Shown here: one piece after another, positions 28,764-38,284 of the stretch
Numbering within the stretch: position 1 is the stretch's first letter
Layout: every line of letters begins with the position of its first letter
Assembly: GCA_030640025.1 (NCBI GenBank)
Contig: DAOWKC010000002.1
Span: 4,029-68,028 of the forward strand
DNA: 64,000 nt
Direction: 5' to 3'
Source: Candidatus Woesearchaeota archaeon
Lineage (GTDB): Archaea > Nanobdellota > Nanobdellia > Woesearchaeales > JAGLXL01
Position numbers and translations under genes: made by a program
The notes under the pieces: generated by a model
Database searches by the model: none
Told to the model about the DNA's origin: nothing
The model's input: only the letters and a program-made list of their open reading frames with translations

Positions 28764-29879
28764 TTAATGATTTAAAAATTTATTGACAAGTTTTTTGGCT
28801 TTTTCTCTATTTTTTTGATGTTCTTTGAGGAATTGCTGGAGTTTTTTGATCAGGATTTGTTTTAGTTCTCCGGTTAAGAGCTGGCCTGATTTGTAGTCGT
28901 TGTAGATTTTCTTTATTTTTTTGTCGTCTGGTTCGAAATAATTAGCAAGATATTGGAAGGAAACATCGATATCAGGATTGCCGCCTTTTTTTCTGTGTTC
29001 TTCTAAAGTTGGCTGGCCGCCTGAGAAAGCATATTTTTTGATTTTTCTTTCGGCTTCTTCTGGTGTATCTGTTAAGGCAATATAAGAAGTTGGTTCTGAA
29101 GAAGACATTTTGCCTCCTCCTAAACCAGGCATGAATTTATGATAAGTTGAAGAGAGTTGAGTGAATTTGTAAGTTTTGAATCTTTTGGTGATATCGCGGG
29201 CTAGTCTTAAGTGCGGGTCTTGATCAATGCCAACAGGGACGACGACTGGAATGGGTCCTTCGAATTCTGGCAATTGGGCATGAAGCATGTCTGAAGCTTG
29301 GAGTAGGGATGATATCATTTTGCCAGGAGTTATTTCTCCATAAACAGCTCTGAATTCATTGAAAGTAGCGTGTTTAGCCAAAATGTTTTGCAAGCGGTAG
29401 AAGGCATTGGCTTTTTTTGCGTCTTGGGAGCGGTTGCTTTGGAAATAAATTTCACAATTTTTTGGTTTTAAGCCTAAGGCAATGTAATTAGTGATGTATT
29501 CTTCTGTAGCAATTTTTTTGCTTTCTTCCAGGCTTTGGCCTCGGGTGTTGTAAGATTCTATGTCGGCAACGGCGATGTAAAGTTTGGCACCCATTTTTTG
29601 GTGGAAGATGATTTGTTGAGCCAGCACCATATGGCCAATATGAAATTTGCCGCTAGGCATAAGGCCAGTCATCATGACATAAGGCTGCTTGTCTTTAATG
29701 GCGTTCATAATTCGGCCAATATCCCGGTGAGCATAAACAACTTTTCTTCTAAAAAGAACATTATCATTGAAAACTTTAGGAAGTTCTTTGAGAGGTTCAA
29801 CTCCAAATTCCTTGGCTAATTTTTCGTAATCAATATCCCCTTTAATTTCCCAAGGTGTGACAACTGCTTTTTTTGACAT
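28764..29879 (-). CDS. trpS: tryptophanyl-tRNA synthetase (archaeal/eukaryotic type class I aaRS)
   Basis: HIGH-type motif PSGKFHIGHMV and a KMSSS signature loop. 371 aa. A TyrRS assignment cannot be fully excluded without alignment. Confidence 0.7.
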   Translation of the reverse strand: MSKKAVVTPWEIKGDIDYEKLAKEFGVEPLKELPKVFNDNVLFRRKVVYAHRDIGRIMNAIKDKQPYVMMTGLMPSGKFHIGHMVLAQQIIFHQKMGAKLYIAVADIESYNTRGQSLEESKKIATEEYITNYIALGLKPKNCEIYFQSNRSQDAKKANAFYRLQNILAKHATFNEFRAVYGEITPGKMISSLLQASDMLHAQLPEFEGPIPVVVPVGIDQDPHLRLARDITKRFKTYKFTQLSSTYHKFMPGLGGGKMSSSEPTSYIALTDTPEEAERKIKKYAFSGGQPTLEEHRKKGGNPDIDVSFQYLANYFEPDDKKIKKIYNDYKSGQLLTGELKQILIKKLQQFLKEHQKNREKAKKLVNKFLNH

Positions 29880-29958
29880 AGTCTTAGAAAGAGCTGTTTT
29901 GTTTATATATTTTACTTAAATGGTTAAATTAATAAATGATGCTGAATTTATTTTAATT

Positions 29959-30855
29959 ATGAAACATTCCTTGAAAATTACTCTGCTCTTAGTTTTGGTT
30001 TTTTTAGGAGCGCAGATAATCGGTCTGGCAATTACAAATTCTTATATTGATGTTGAAAAAACAACTGAGACTGGTGAAGCAGTGTTTGAGGATTTGCCAA
30101 TTGGTTTAGAAAGGCCAGAGGTTGAGGAGACGACTTCATTTATCTGGATTTTGATAGCCGTAGTGATTGGAACGATTATGTTGTTATTAATGATTAAATT
30201 TAAAGTTGGTTTTTTATGGAAATTGTGGTTTTTTGGAGCGATTTGGCTGACTTTATTGGTGGCTTTTGGAGCTTTTATGCCGATGATGATTGCAATTGTT
30301 TTAGCATTGGGTCTAGCCTTATGGAAGATAATTAGACCAAATGTTTATGTCCAGAATCTGACTGAGTTGTTTGTTTATGGCGGGCTGGCAGCAATATTTG
30401 TACCAATTATGAATATCTTTGCAGCGGTAATGATGTTATTATTGATTTCTGTTTATGATATGTATGCAGTCTGGAAAAGCAAACACATGGTCAAATTGGC
30501 AAAGTTCCAATCCAAACAGAAAATTTTTGCTGGTTTGCTAATTCCTTATGCACTGCCTAAAAGGGAAATCAAGAAAAAAGGAAGGAAAGTTAAAGAAAAA
30601 TTAGTTAAAATCAAGACCGCGGTTTTAGGCGGCGGAGATATTGGTTTTCCTTTGATTTTTACCGGAGTTATTTTAAAAGAATTGATTGAAAAGGGAGCAA
30701 GTTTTCCTTTTTTAAAATCATTAATTGTGACTGTTTGTGTGACGGGTGCTTTACTGCTTTTATTTTTGAAAAGTGAGAAAGATAAATTTTATCCAGCCAT
30801 GCCTTTTATTACGATTGGGTGTCTGGTGGGTTATGCGATTGTTCTTCTTTTGTAA
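29959..30855 (+). CDS. presenilin / signal-peptide-peptidase family intramembrane aspartyl protease (A22)
   Basis: YD motif (ISVYDMYAVW) and GxGD motif (AVLGGGDIGFPL) in separate TM helices, plus a PAL-like YPAMPF near the C-terminus. Confidence 0.75.
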   Translation: MKHSLKITLLLVLVFLGAQIIGLAITNSYIDVEKTTETGEAVFEDLPIGLERPEVEETTSFIWILIAVVIGTIMLLLMIKFKVGFLWKLWFFGAIWLTLLVAFGAFMPMMIAIVLALGLALWKIIRPNVYVQNLTELFVYGGLAAIFVPIMNIFAAVMMLLLISVYDMYAVWKSKHMVKLAKFQSKQKIFAGLLIPYALPKREIKKKGRKVKEKLVKIKTAVLGGGDIGFPLIFTGVILKELIEKGASFPFLKSLIVTVCVTGALLLLFLKSEKDKFYPAMPFITIGCLVGYAIVLLL

Positions 30856-31660
30856 AAAGATTTAATCTTTGTTGTTTAGAGCGGGCATCATAAGAGGCAG
30901 GAGTAATGATGAAGCCGTCTTTAGCAGCAATAGTTTGGATGCCGGTTTGTCTTTGGATGTCTCGGGATTCTAATAAAGGGTCGGCTTTAAGGACATCAAA
31001 ACCAAAATGCTGGATAATGGCAAGTCGAGGTTTTGTTTTTTGCAAAAGCTTGATGACAGATTCTTTGTTGAGATGGTTGTCGGTCTTGGTATCTCCAGGA
31101 TAAACCATGTTGAGGATGAGGATGTCGGTATTTTCAAAGGCTTCGGCCAGTTCTTTAGTATAAGCAGTATCAGAAGTGTAGCCAAGGATAAATCTAGGGG
31201 TGACAATCTTGAAACCAATGGTGTTGGGGTCGTGATGTTGGGCAGGTGTGGCATGGATTTCGATATCTTCGATGCCGACCTTTTGTCCTGGTTTCAAGGC
31301 AATGGTTTTTTCCAAGCAATTTTTGTGGAAATTAGTTAAAGTAGGGGTCATGCTTTCATGGCCATTGATAACAGTTTCATTGGCGATTAAGACTCCTTTT
31401 TTATCTAATCCAGAAAGGGTCATGGCATCAATAACAGCATTGACATCATTGCAGTGTCCGACGTGATTATGTGTAACTAAAAGAGCAGTGTTGGCTCTGA
31501 GGTTAATGCCAAATTCTTTGGCCTTGACTAAAGAACCTGGACCAGGATCAATGTGAAATTGGAGGTTATTATCCTGGAGAATGATGCCTCCTGAAGCGCG
31601 GATTTGTCTGCCAATAACTGATTTATCACCGCCAGTACCAAGAAAGATGATTTTTGCCAT
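30809..31660 (-). CDS. MBL-fold metallo-hydrolase
   Basis: HxHxDH motif (THNHVGHCND) with downstream His/Asp ligands. 283 aa. Confidence 0.65.
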   Translation of the reverse strand: MAKIIFLGTGGDKSVIGRQIRASGGIILQDNNLQFHIDPGPGSLVKAKEFGINLRANTALLVTHNHVGHCNDVNAVIDAMTLSGLDKKGVLIANETVINGHESMTPTLTNFHKNCLEKTIALKPGQKVGIEDIEIHATPAQHHDPNTIGFKIVTPRFILGYTSDTAYTKELAEAFENTDILILNMVYPGDTKTDNHLNKESVIKLLQKTKPRLAIIQHFGFDVLKADPLLESRDIQRQTGIQTIAAKDGFIITPASYDARSKQQRLNLFTKEEQSHNPPDTQS

Positions 31661-31827
31661 TTAAACTAAGTCCCCCATGGTTTTTCAGGGGTAATGGGGG
31701 TTAATAAATTTTGTTGTGATTAAGTATAACGAAAATCGCACAACTGTGTGCGATTTTTGGAATTGAAAATTGAATCCAATTTTCAATAATTTAGCGCAAA
31801 TTTTATAAAGGGTAAATTTTGAAATGG

Positions 31828-32148
31828 TTATGGGTAGGCTAGACATAGCTTATCTGGTTTGGAAAGGCTAGGCTGGATCGTTAGCCGTGATCTATAACCA
31901 CAAATTGGCTATATGGTGGAGCTGAAATCCAAGAGGCGGTATATTTTACTGGCTATTGGCCTTGACCTTACCGTCGAAGCCCTGTCCTATAGGATTGTGG
32001 CTATGTGAATCGCATCAGGCCAGGAATGGAGCAGTGCTTAGCGTAGTTCTCAATGTTTATAGGGTCGCAGAGTGGAGGTGGGTTTAAGGATTAACCAATA
32101 GTTGGTTAATGTATCCACTTTTGGATGTGCCCCATAATACCATGAACA
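31828..32148 (+). ncRNA. ffs: signal recognition particle RNA (7S / SRP RNA)
   Basis: TATA box TTTTATAAAGGG at 31801, about 25 nt upstream. Conserved helix-8 apex CAGG-CCA-GGAA-UGG-AGCAG (compare the E. coli 4.5S CAGGUCCGGAAGGAAGCAGC): a GGAA tetraloop on a 3-bp stem flanked by the symmetric loop. The 5' GGUUAUGGG pairs with the 3' CCCCAUAAUACC (helix 1/5 closure). Length about 320 nt. Confidence 0.6.
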
Positions 32149-32236
32149 AACAAATTTACCTGACGTCTTGTGGAGCACAACCCACTGGACAAGTCCTCAC
32201 GCAGGATATTTAAAAGATAAATTCTTATTAAATTTC

Positions 32237-32974
32237 ATGAATAAAATTAAGTATGAGAGATTTGAAAATATTATTATAGAAAATGGATTAATGAGAGTAG
32301 CAAGGTCTCCTCATAAATTAAAAATCCCTGTTTTAGATTCTGATTTGGCTTATTTGACTGGATATCATTTGGGTGATGGCTATCTGGAGGATATTGAAAA
32401 AACATATGGGAGAGGAGAACAAAATTATGAAATTACTTATGGTGATTTTGATTTGGAACAAATCAAGTTAGTTAGTTTGATTATCAAAGATAAATTTGAT
32501 TTTAATTTAAGAGTTTTCAAAAGGAAAAATACTAATATGTGGGTTGGCAAGGCTGGTTCATGTAAAGTTCTTCATTGGTTTTTGAATAAACAGTTAAAAA
32601 TTCCAATGGGGAAAAAGAACATAATTTCTATTCCTGGTTGGATCTTGTCTGATAGATATTTTATGAGTAATTTTTTAAGTGGTTTTTTTGATGCTGAGGC
32701 TGATATAAGTAAAACTATCAATCGTGTTGTTAATGATAAAAGGTATTTTAAAATTAGATTTCAATTAACACAGAAAGATAGAACTATTCTAGAGGAAATT
32801 AAAGAAATTTTGAAAGGAAGATATAGTATTAAATCAGATATCCAAAGAAAATGGAATCAAGATGTATTCATTCTTAGATTTGTTGGGAAAAAATCCTCAT
32901 TAATTTTTCAAAAGAAAATAAATTTTAGAAATCCTACGAAAAGAAAGAAACTTGATTTATTGTTAAGAGACTGA
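32237..32974 (+). CDS. free-standing LAGLIDADG homing endonuclease-like protein
   Basis: Two LAGLIDADG motifs: LAYLTGYHLGDGY and FLSGFFDAEADI. Start placed at MNKIKYERF, because the upstream extension of the ORF overlaps the SRP RNA 3' end. Confidence 0.7.
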   Translation: MNKIKYERFENIIIENGLMRVARSPHKLKIPVLDSDLAYLTGYHLGDGYLEDIEKTYGRGEQNYEITYGDFDLEQIKLVSLIIKDKFDFNLRVFKRKNTNMWVGKAGSCKVLHWFLNKQLKIPMGKKNIISIPGWILSDRYFMSNFLSGFFDAEADISKTINRVVNDKRYFKIRFQLTQKDRTILEEIKEILKGRYSIKSDIQRKWNQDVFILRFVGKKSSLIFQKKINFRNPTKRKKLDLLLRD

Positions 32975-32991
32975 TGGCGTGCCTACCTACT

Positions 32992-33681
32992 TTATTTTTC
33001 TGGTCTTTTTAGAATTAATTCTTCCTTAAGATTTTCTTTCTTAAGATTTTCAACGATCTTTTCAGCTACGAACATAGGGTCCATAAAATTTTTGAAATCT
33101 GCTGGTTTTTCCTCATCAAAAAGGTGTGTTTTCATGCCGCCTGGATAAATCCCAATTACTTGAATTCCACTTGGTTTTGCTTCTAAACTTAATGATTTTG
33201 TAAATCCTGCTGTAGCATACTTGCTGGTACAATATCCGGATGAACCAGCTCTGCCTTCCAATGCACTAGTGGATAAGATATTGATAATTGTTCCAGATTT
33301 TTGCTTCTTCATTTGTACTAATGCAAATTTAGAACCGTAAATTGTCCCAAATAAATTCACTTCAATCATCTCATGAACTCTTTTCCAATCGGTTTCTTCA
33401 ATTAGCGCATGAGGGAGCCAAATTCCAGCATTATTAATCCAAATATCAATCCGACCAAATTTTTCCAAGGTTTTATCTGCAAGATTTGCGACTTGTTTTT
33501 CATTGGTTACATCAGCCATAATAGATATGGCACCGATAGTTGTAGATAATTCTTCTAAATCTTCTTTTGAACGTCCACTTAGAACTAAATTACATCCTTC
33601 TTTTGCTAAGATAAGAGCCAGCTCTCGACCTAGACCTTTACTTGCCCCGGTTATAACAACAATTTTATCTTTTAATTTCAT
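32992..33681 (-). CDS. short-chain dehydrogenase/reductase (SDR)
   Basis: TGASKGLGRELAL Rossmann motif and a catalytic YxxxK (YCTSK). Confidence 0.75.
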   Translation of the reverse strand: MKLKDKIVVITGASKGLGRELALILAKEGCNLVLSGRSKEDLEELSTTIGAISIMADVTNEKQVANLADKTLEKFGRIDIWINNAGIWLPHALIEETDWKRVHEMIEVNLFGTIYGSKFALVQMKKQKSGTIINILSTSALEGRAGSSGYCTSKYATAGFTKSLSLEAKPSGIQVIGIYPGGMKTHLFDEEKPADFKNFMDPMFVAEKIVENLKKENLKEELILKRPEK

Positions 33682-36596
33682 TTCACTAATATAGCTGGTT
33701 TATTTGGCAGGGCTTGGCTGGCTTTTGATTCTTGGGAGTTTTCAGCATTAGTGATTTCTATTTGGGCATGGCTGTATCTTTTTGACAGGAAATCTTGAGC
33801 ATGTTCAATGGCTTGGTTTTCTAAGGCTTGACTGGTGACATCTGGTACTGAGCCTAATTTAACATATCTTGGAAGTATCTTAGTGATGTCTTTGCCGTAT
33901 TGTTTTAAATCATCGGTCATGGCTCTTTTGAGGATTTCTTTGAAGTCATGGGTTTCATTGAAGATTTGTTTTAAGTTTTTGAAAAGCAGGTATTTCCATT
34001 GCGGTGAAATGATGAGAGTGATGGTTTTTGGTTTTTCAATCTTAGCTAGTTTAAGAACAGTGTTGATATCAGTCATAACTTGGCTAATCAATTCTTCGCC
34101 ACGTTCAAAATCTTGGTTGATTTTGGTTGGGTCAAATTTTGGCCAGAGTTCTTGAGAGACATAAGCTTTTTTGCCAATGGCTGACCACATTTCTTCGCAA
34201 AAGTGGGGTGTGAAGGGGGTGAGGAGTTTGATCTGGGCTTCAATGTATTGATTGATTAAATCTTTGTGGTAATTGATATTGGTTCTTTTACTGTACCATT
34301 TGAGGTGTCGTTGAAGGTCGAGGAAACCTTTAAGGATAGCTGATTTGAATTCAATGTTTTCCATGTGCTGAGTAGATTCTTTGACAGCATTGTTGAGAAT
34401 GGATTCAAACCAATCATCAATTGGCAGTCGTTCTGTTCGGCCTTGGTTGTAATTTTCTTTGATGAAGGTGTGGAGTTCATTAAGTTTTTTGGGAGCTGTT
34501 TCTAAAAAGGTCATGTCGAAGTTGGCATCATCAATACCTTCACCAGCATTAGCTGCTGTGAGACGGACGATATCAGCGCCATGTTTTTGGTAGAGTTCTC
34601 TAGCAGTGAAAAAGTTGCCTTTGGATTTTGACATTTTCTGATTGTCAACCATGATGCGGCCGTTGATAGCATAGGCCTGCGGCCAATGTTTTTTTGGAAA
34701 AATAGCGGTATGATTGAAAATGCAGAAAGCCAGGTGATTTTGGATTAAATCTTTGGCGCTGTTACGGAAATCAAAAGGATACCAATATTCAAAATCTTTT
34801 TTCATGGTTTCAATTATTTTTTTTGGAATTTGTGTTGATTTTTCAACTGCATCTGCTTTGCCTTTGTTGAGATAGATGTAATCAAAAAATTCGTCGTTTA
34901 ATTTATCTATTTTGAAACCATAATCTTCTGGGTGCTGTAGATATTTTGAAATAGTGCCATAAGCCATTTGAATGGTTGAATCTGATAATGATTCAATGAC
35001 CCAATTTTGATCCCAAGGCAATTTAGTGCCAAGGCCAAATTCTCTGGTACAGGCCCAATGATGCAGCCAGTCTATAACATAGTCGAATTGTTTTCTGACC
35101 TGTTCTGGGTAAAGTTTCATGCTGTCGAGGCATTGGTGGGCTAGTTTTTTCCATTTTAAATCATTGTATTCAAGGAACCATTGGTCGCTGACAACTTTGA
35201 CAATGCATTTAGTTAAACAGCGGCAAGTGACTGGGCCGGTGAGTTCATAGAAAGTATCGATGAGGCCCTGTTCAAGAAGTTCTTTTTTGATGATTTTCTG
35301 GCCTTCTGGAATTGGCATGCCGGCTAAGCTTTTGGAAAAGCCTTTTTTGTAGAGAGGGCCAAAAGTTGATTGGGTAAAAGTAAGTTTGTAAAGTTCTTTT
35401 TTTATTTTTTCAAGTTTGTCGCGTTCATTTTGTGATTTGACCTTGTATTTGTCTAAGAAATATTGAGCTGAGTTGGCGCCGATTTCCGGGGTATTGAAGA
35501 TTTCAATTGGTTTAATGGCTTTGACTTCTGCCGGGTCGAGATTGTATTTTTTGATTAAGGCGTCATTTTTTTGAAGTTCTTGAAGGGCAATTAAGTCGTC
35601 AGCTGAATCTGAAGGAACAGAATGAACCATACCAGTGCCATAATTTGGGTCAAGGAAAGTAGCAGGCAGGACGAGAAGTTCTTTATCACCAAAAGATTCT
35701 ACTTTTTGTCCGATTAATGTTTCTCCTTTGACTTGGCCGATGATCTTGACTTGGAAATCCTGGTCTTGGAGTTTTTTAATCATGGGCTCGCCAACAATCC
35801 AATGTTCGCCTCTAGTTTCAATTTCAGTGTATTCAATTTCAGGATTAGCATAGACATTAGTAATGCCCCAAACAGTATCGTGTCTGAGAGTGGCAGTGAG
35901 GATATAACGGTTGTCAGGCAATTTAAATTTGAAAAGAATAAATTCTTGCGGTGTTTCACCTTCTCCTTCAGCCCGGTCGTGGTCGCCAACAGGAAGATTG
36001 TCTTTAGGACACCAGACAACTGGGTGTTTGCCTTTTTTGACATAACCTTTTTCTTTTAATTTATTGAATTGCCAGGTGATGAAAGCATCGTAAGGCGGAT
36101 TTAAGTAAGTTGTTTTGAATGCATAACATTCGTCGATGGAGAAGCCCAAGGCTTTGGCGTCTTTGAGAGTTTCCTTGGGAAAGTATTCTGTCCAGTATTC
36201 TGGGTCAGAGAATTTAGGAATTTCTTTATCTGAGATGCCCATTTTTTTCAGAGTTTGGATTTGCTGGGGTTCGTTTTCTTTGACTCTTTGGGCAGCAGCA
36301 ATAATGGGGGTGCCAGTGCAGTGGAAGCCAAATTTAGCTAAAGTGTTGTAGTTTTGCATGCGTTTGTATCTTAATTGGATTTCAGAAGTCATGTAAGTGA
36401 ATAAATGTCCTAAGTGAAGAAGGCCACTCATATAAGGATAAACAATGGCAACATAGAATTTTTTCCTATTATCTACTTCGGCGTGGAAGACTTTATCTTG
36501 ATCCCACTTTTCCTGCCATTTTTTTTCTATTTCTTTGAATGTCAGAATTCCCTTGGAATTCTGAGCATGATCAAAAACTACTGGTTCTTTTTTCAT
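33678..36596 (-). CDS. leuS: leucyl-tRNA synthetase (archaeal type)
   Basis: HIGH-type HLGHLFTY, a CP1 editing domain, KMSKSKGN, and about 970 aa. The start is ambiguous between 36620 and 36596. Confidence 0.85.
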   Translation of the reverse strand: MKKEPVVFDHAQNSKGILTFKEIEKKWQEKWDQDKVFHAEVDNRKKFYVAIVYPYMSGLLHLGHLFTYMTSEIQLRYKRMQNYNTLAKFGFHCTGTPIIAAAQRVKENEPQQIQTLKKMGISDKEIPKFSDPEYWTEYFPKETLKDAKALGFSIDECYAFKTTYLNPPYDAFITWQFNKLKEKGYVKKGKHPVVWCPKDNLPVGDHDRAEGEGETPQEFILFKFKLPDNRYILTATLRHDTVWGITNVYANPEIEYTEIETRGEHWIVGEPMIKKLQDQDFQVKIIGQVKGETLIGQKVESFGDKELLVLPATFLDPNYGTGMVHSVPSDSADDLIALQELQKNDALIKKYNLDPAEVKAIKPIEIFNTPEIGANSAQYFLDKYKVKSQNERDKLEKIKKELYKLTFTQSTFGPLYKKGFSKSLAGMPIPEGQKIIKKELLEQGLIDTFYELTGPVTCRCLTKCIVKVVSDQWFLEYNDLKWKKLAHQCLDSMKLYPEQVRKQFDYVIDWLHHWACTREFGLGTKLPWDQNWVIESLSDSTIQMAYGTISKYLQHPEDYGFKIDKLNDEFFDYIYLNKGKADAVEKSTQIPKKIIETMKKDFEYWYPFDFRNSAKDLIQNHLAFCIFNHTAIFPKKHWPQAYAINGRIMVDNQKMSKSKGNFFTARELYQKHGADIVRLTAANAGEGIDDANFDMTFLETAPKKLNELHTFIKENYNQGRTERLPIDDWFESILNNAVKESTQHMENIEFKSAILKGFLDLQRHLKWYSKRTNINYHKDLINQYIEAQIKLLTPFTPHFCEEMWSAIGKKAYVSQELWPKFDPTKINQDFERGEELISQVMTDINTVLKLAKIEKPKTITLIISPQWKYLLFKNLKQIFNETHDFKEILKRAMTDDLKQYGKDITKILPRYVKLGSVPDVTSQALENQAIEHAQDFLSKRYSHAQIEITNAENSQESKASQALPNKPAILVK

Positions 36597-36689
36597 GATT
36601 TTCGCTTTGCTCCAAACCACCTTTTTGTGAAGGTAGTTTTTGACAGTTCATAATAATAAAAGAATAAAGAATGGTTTTTAAATTTAGTG

Positions 36690-36887
36690 TTAAAATTTCT
36701 TAAATTCAGCGACCATGTCAATCAAATCAACGTGACCCATGAATAAAGCCCGGCAGCAGTATCTTTCTAAACCTAAGTTATCTAAGACTTTTTTGGTCTC
36801 TTCGCCTTTTTCAGTCCGTTCCTTAAAGGATTCCCATAAATGGCCTACTGGTTTGCCGCAACTGAAACATCTAATTGGAATCATCAT
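36690..36887 (-). CDS. rpoN: DNA-directed RNA polymerase subunit N (Rpb10)
   Basis: MMIPIRCFSCGKPVG...CCR zinc bundle. 65 aa. Confidence 0.85.
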   Translation of the reverse strand: MMIPIRCFSCGKPVGHLWESFKERTEKGEETKKVLDNLGLERYCCRALFMGHVDLIDMVAEFKKF

Positions 36888-36893
36888 TTTTGA

Positions 36894-37295
36894 TCACCTA
36901 TAACTCTTCTGGCTCTTAGCCCTTGCTTTGCTGTGGCGGCCTGGTTTTCTGGTTTCTTTTCTTCTGACGTCAGCAACAATTAATCTTCGGTCATAATTTT
37001 CAAATTCTTTTTCCAGTTTTTTATCATATTGGGCTAAGGCACGGCCGATAGCTAAACGAGCAGCTTCTGCCTGACCATTAATTCCGCCACCAGTAACTTT
37101 GACATTGATGTCTATTTCTTTTAAAATATCTCCAGCGAGAATAATAGGCTCCTGGATTTTGAGTTTAAGAATAGTATTGTTATAATTATCTAAAAAAGTA
37201 TTGTTAATTCTGACTTTGCCTTTGCCTGGCTTTAAAGTAGCTCGGGCAATAGCTGATTTTCTTTTTCCACTAGTATTAATTATTTTTGTTGCCAT
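36894..37295 (-). CDS. rps9: 30S ribosomal protein S9 (uS9)
   Basis: C-terminal RRKETRKPGRHSKARAKSQKSYR. Confidence 0.85.
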   Translation of the reverse strand: MATKIINTSGKRKSAIARATLKPGKGKVRINNTFLDNYNNTILKLKIQEPIILAGDILKEIDINVKVTGGGINGQAEAARLAIGRALAQYDKKLEKEFENYDRRLIVADVRRKETRKPGRHSKARAKSQKSYR

Positions 37296-37708
37296 TTTCC
37301 ACCTAAGATTTTACAAATATCTCCAACTGTGACGTATTTGAGATTAGGAATCTTTTGAACATTGATTTTTTCTAAAGTTTCTAGTTGAGCATCTTTGAAT
37401 TCGTTGGGAACGCCAACATAACATTTTATTTTTTTAAGAGCGTCTCGGCCTCTGGTCTTTTTTCTTGGGACCATGCCCCTAATGCTTCTTTTGACAAAGG
37501 AATCTGGTCTTCGTGGTGTGAAAGGACCCCAGCGTGGATGACCTCTTTGCTGTTTTTGCTTGTGTTTGGCAAAAATCTGTTTTTTATCTCCACTGACCAT
37601 AATTTTTTCGCAGTTGACTAAGGTGATTTCTTCACCTAACAAAACCTGCTTGGCTATGTATGAAGCCAATCTTCCTAAGATGAGATTTTCGCCGTTGATT
37701 ACTTTCAT
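37280..37708 (-). CDS. rpl13: 50S ribosomal protein L13 (uL13)
   Basis: MKVINGENLILGRLASYIAKQVLLGEEITLVNCEK pattern of uL13. Confidence 0.8.
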   Translation of the reverse strand: MKVINGENLILGRLASYIAKQVLLGEEITLVNCEKIMVSGDKKQIFAKHKQKQQRGHPRWGPFTPRRPDSFVKRSIRGMVPRKKTRGRDALKKIKCYVGVPNEFKDAQLETLEKINVQKIPNLKYVTVGDICKILGGKWQQK

Positions 37709-38067
37709 CCTATGATTCTCACGTTCTTTCCTTTTGGATTTTCTTTGATTAATTGTTGGATAGTTAAGAGTTTTCCTGATTTAGTGATTTTTTCTTGTGC
37801 TTCTTTGGAAACAGTGTAAGCAGCAACATTAAGTTTTTTAGTCAATTGTCCAACACTTAAGATTTTGCCTGGGACAACAACTGTTTCGCCATCTTTGGCA
37901 AACTGGTCGATTTTGTAAATATTAACAGCTCTTCTTTGGCGTGAAGGTTTTTCCAGGTCATGGGCGATTCTTTTCCAAAGCTTGACTCCTTCGGCTAATG
38001 ATTTCTCTTTCAGCTCTTGAATGAGCTTTTTCAAGTTTTGGTTTGTTGGACCTGTTCTTTTTGACAT
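37705..38067 (-). CDS. rpl18e: 50S ribosomal protein L18e (eL18)
   Basis: N-terminal MSKRTGPTNQNLKKLIQELKEKS, 120 aa, in the operon context L18e-L13-S9-rpoN. Confidence 0.75.
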   Translation of the reverse strand: MSKRTGPTNQNLKKLIQELKEKSLAEGVKLWKRIAHDLEKPSRQRRAVNIYKIDQFAKDGETVVVPGKILSVGQLTKKLNVAAYTVSKEAQEKITKSGKLLTIQQLIKENPKGKNVRIIG

Positions 38068-38134
38068 TTTTCTTCGAAAATGCGGGCATGTAAAAATCCG
38101 TTCCGGATTTTTGAGCCCCCATTCACTTCGTGAA

Positions 38135-38233
38135 TGCGGGAGACGGGGTTTGAACCCGCGCAGGCACTAAGCCACTAGGCTTTTGCTGATGACATCCTCA
38201 ACCTAGCCCGTTTGACCACTCCGGCACCCCCGC
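38135..38233 (-). tRNA. tRNA-Leu(GAG), class II, with a 15-nt canonical intron
   Basis: Reverse-complement features: acceptor GCGGGGG/CUCCCGC, 3-bp D-stem, anticodon stem CUAGG/CCUAG with loop UUGAGG[intron AUGUCAUCAGCAAAA]G (anticodon GAG), long variable arm UGGCUUAGUGCCUGC, T-arm GCGGGUUCAAACCCCGU. Confidence 0.75.
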
Positions 38234-38284
38234 GAATATAATGAGTGGGGACCAGGAAAACTTGTTTTTCGCTGCCCCGTGTGT

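Noticed and set aside
31700-32170. Possible RNase P RNA (GGAAAGGCUAGGCUGG resembles the P4 CR-I)
   Set aside because: No CR-IV/V (ACAGAAACCGGCUUA-like) or AGGGCAGG motifs are present. The helix-8 SRP motif with its GGAA tetraloop, and the 5'/3' terminal pairing, fit SRP RNA better.
32168-32236. N-terminal extension (MWSTTHWTSPHAGYLKDKFLLNF) of the LAGLIDADG ORF
   Set aside because: It overlaps the 3' helix of the SRP RNA. The internal Met at 32237 gives a normal LAGLIDADG N-terminus.
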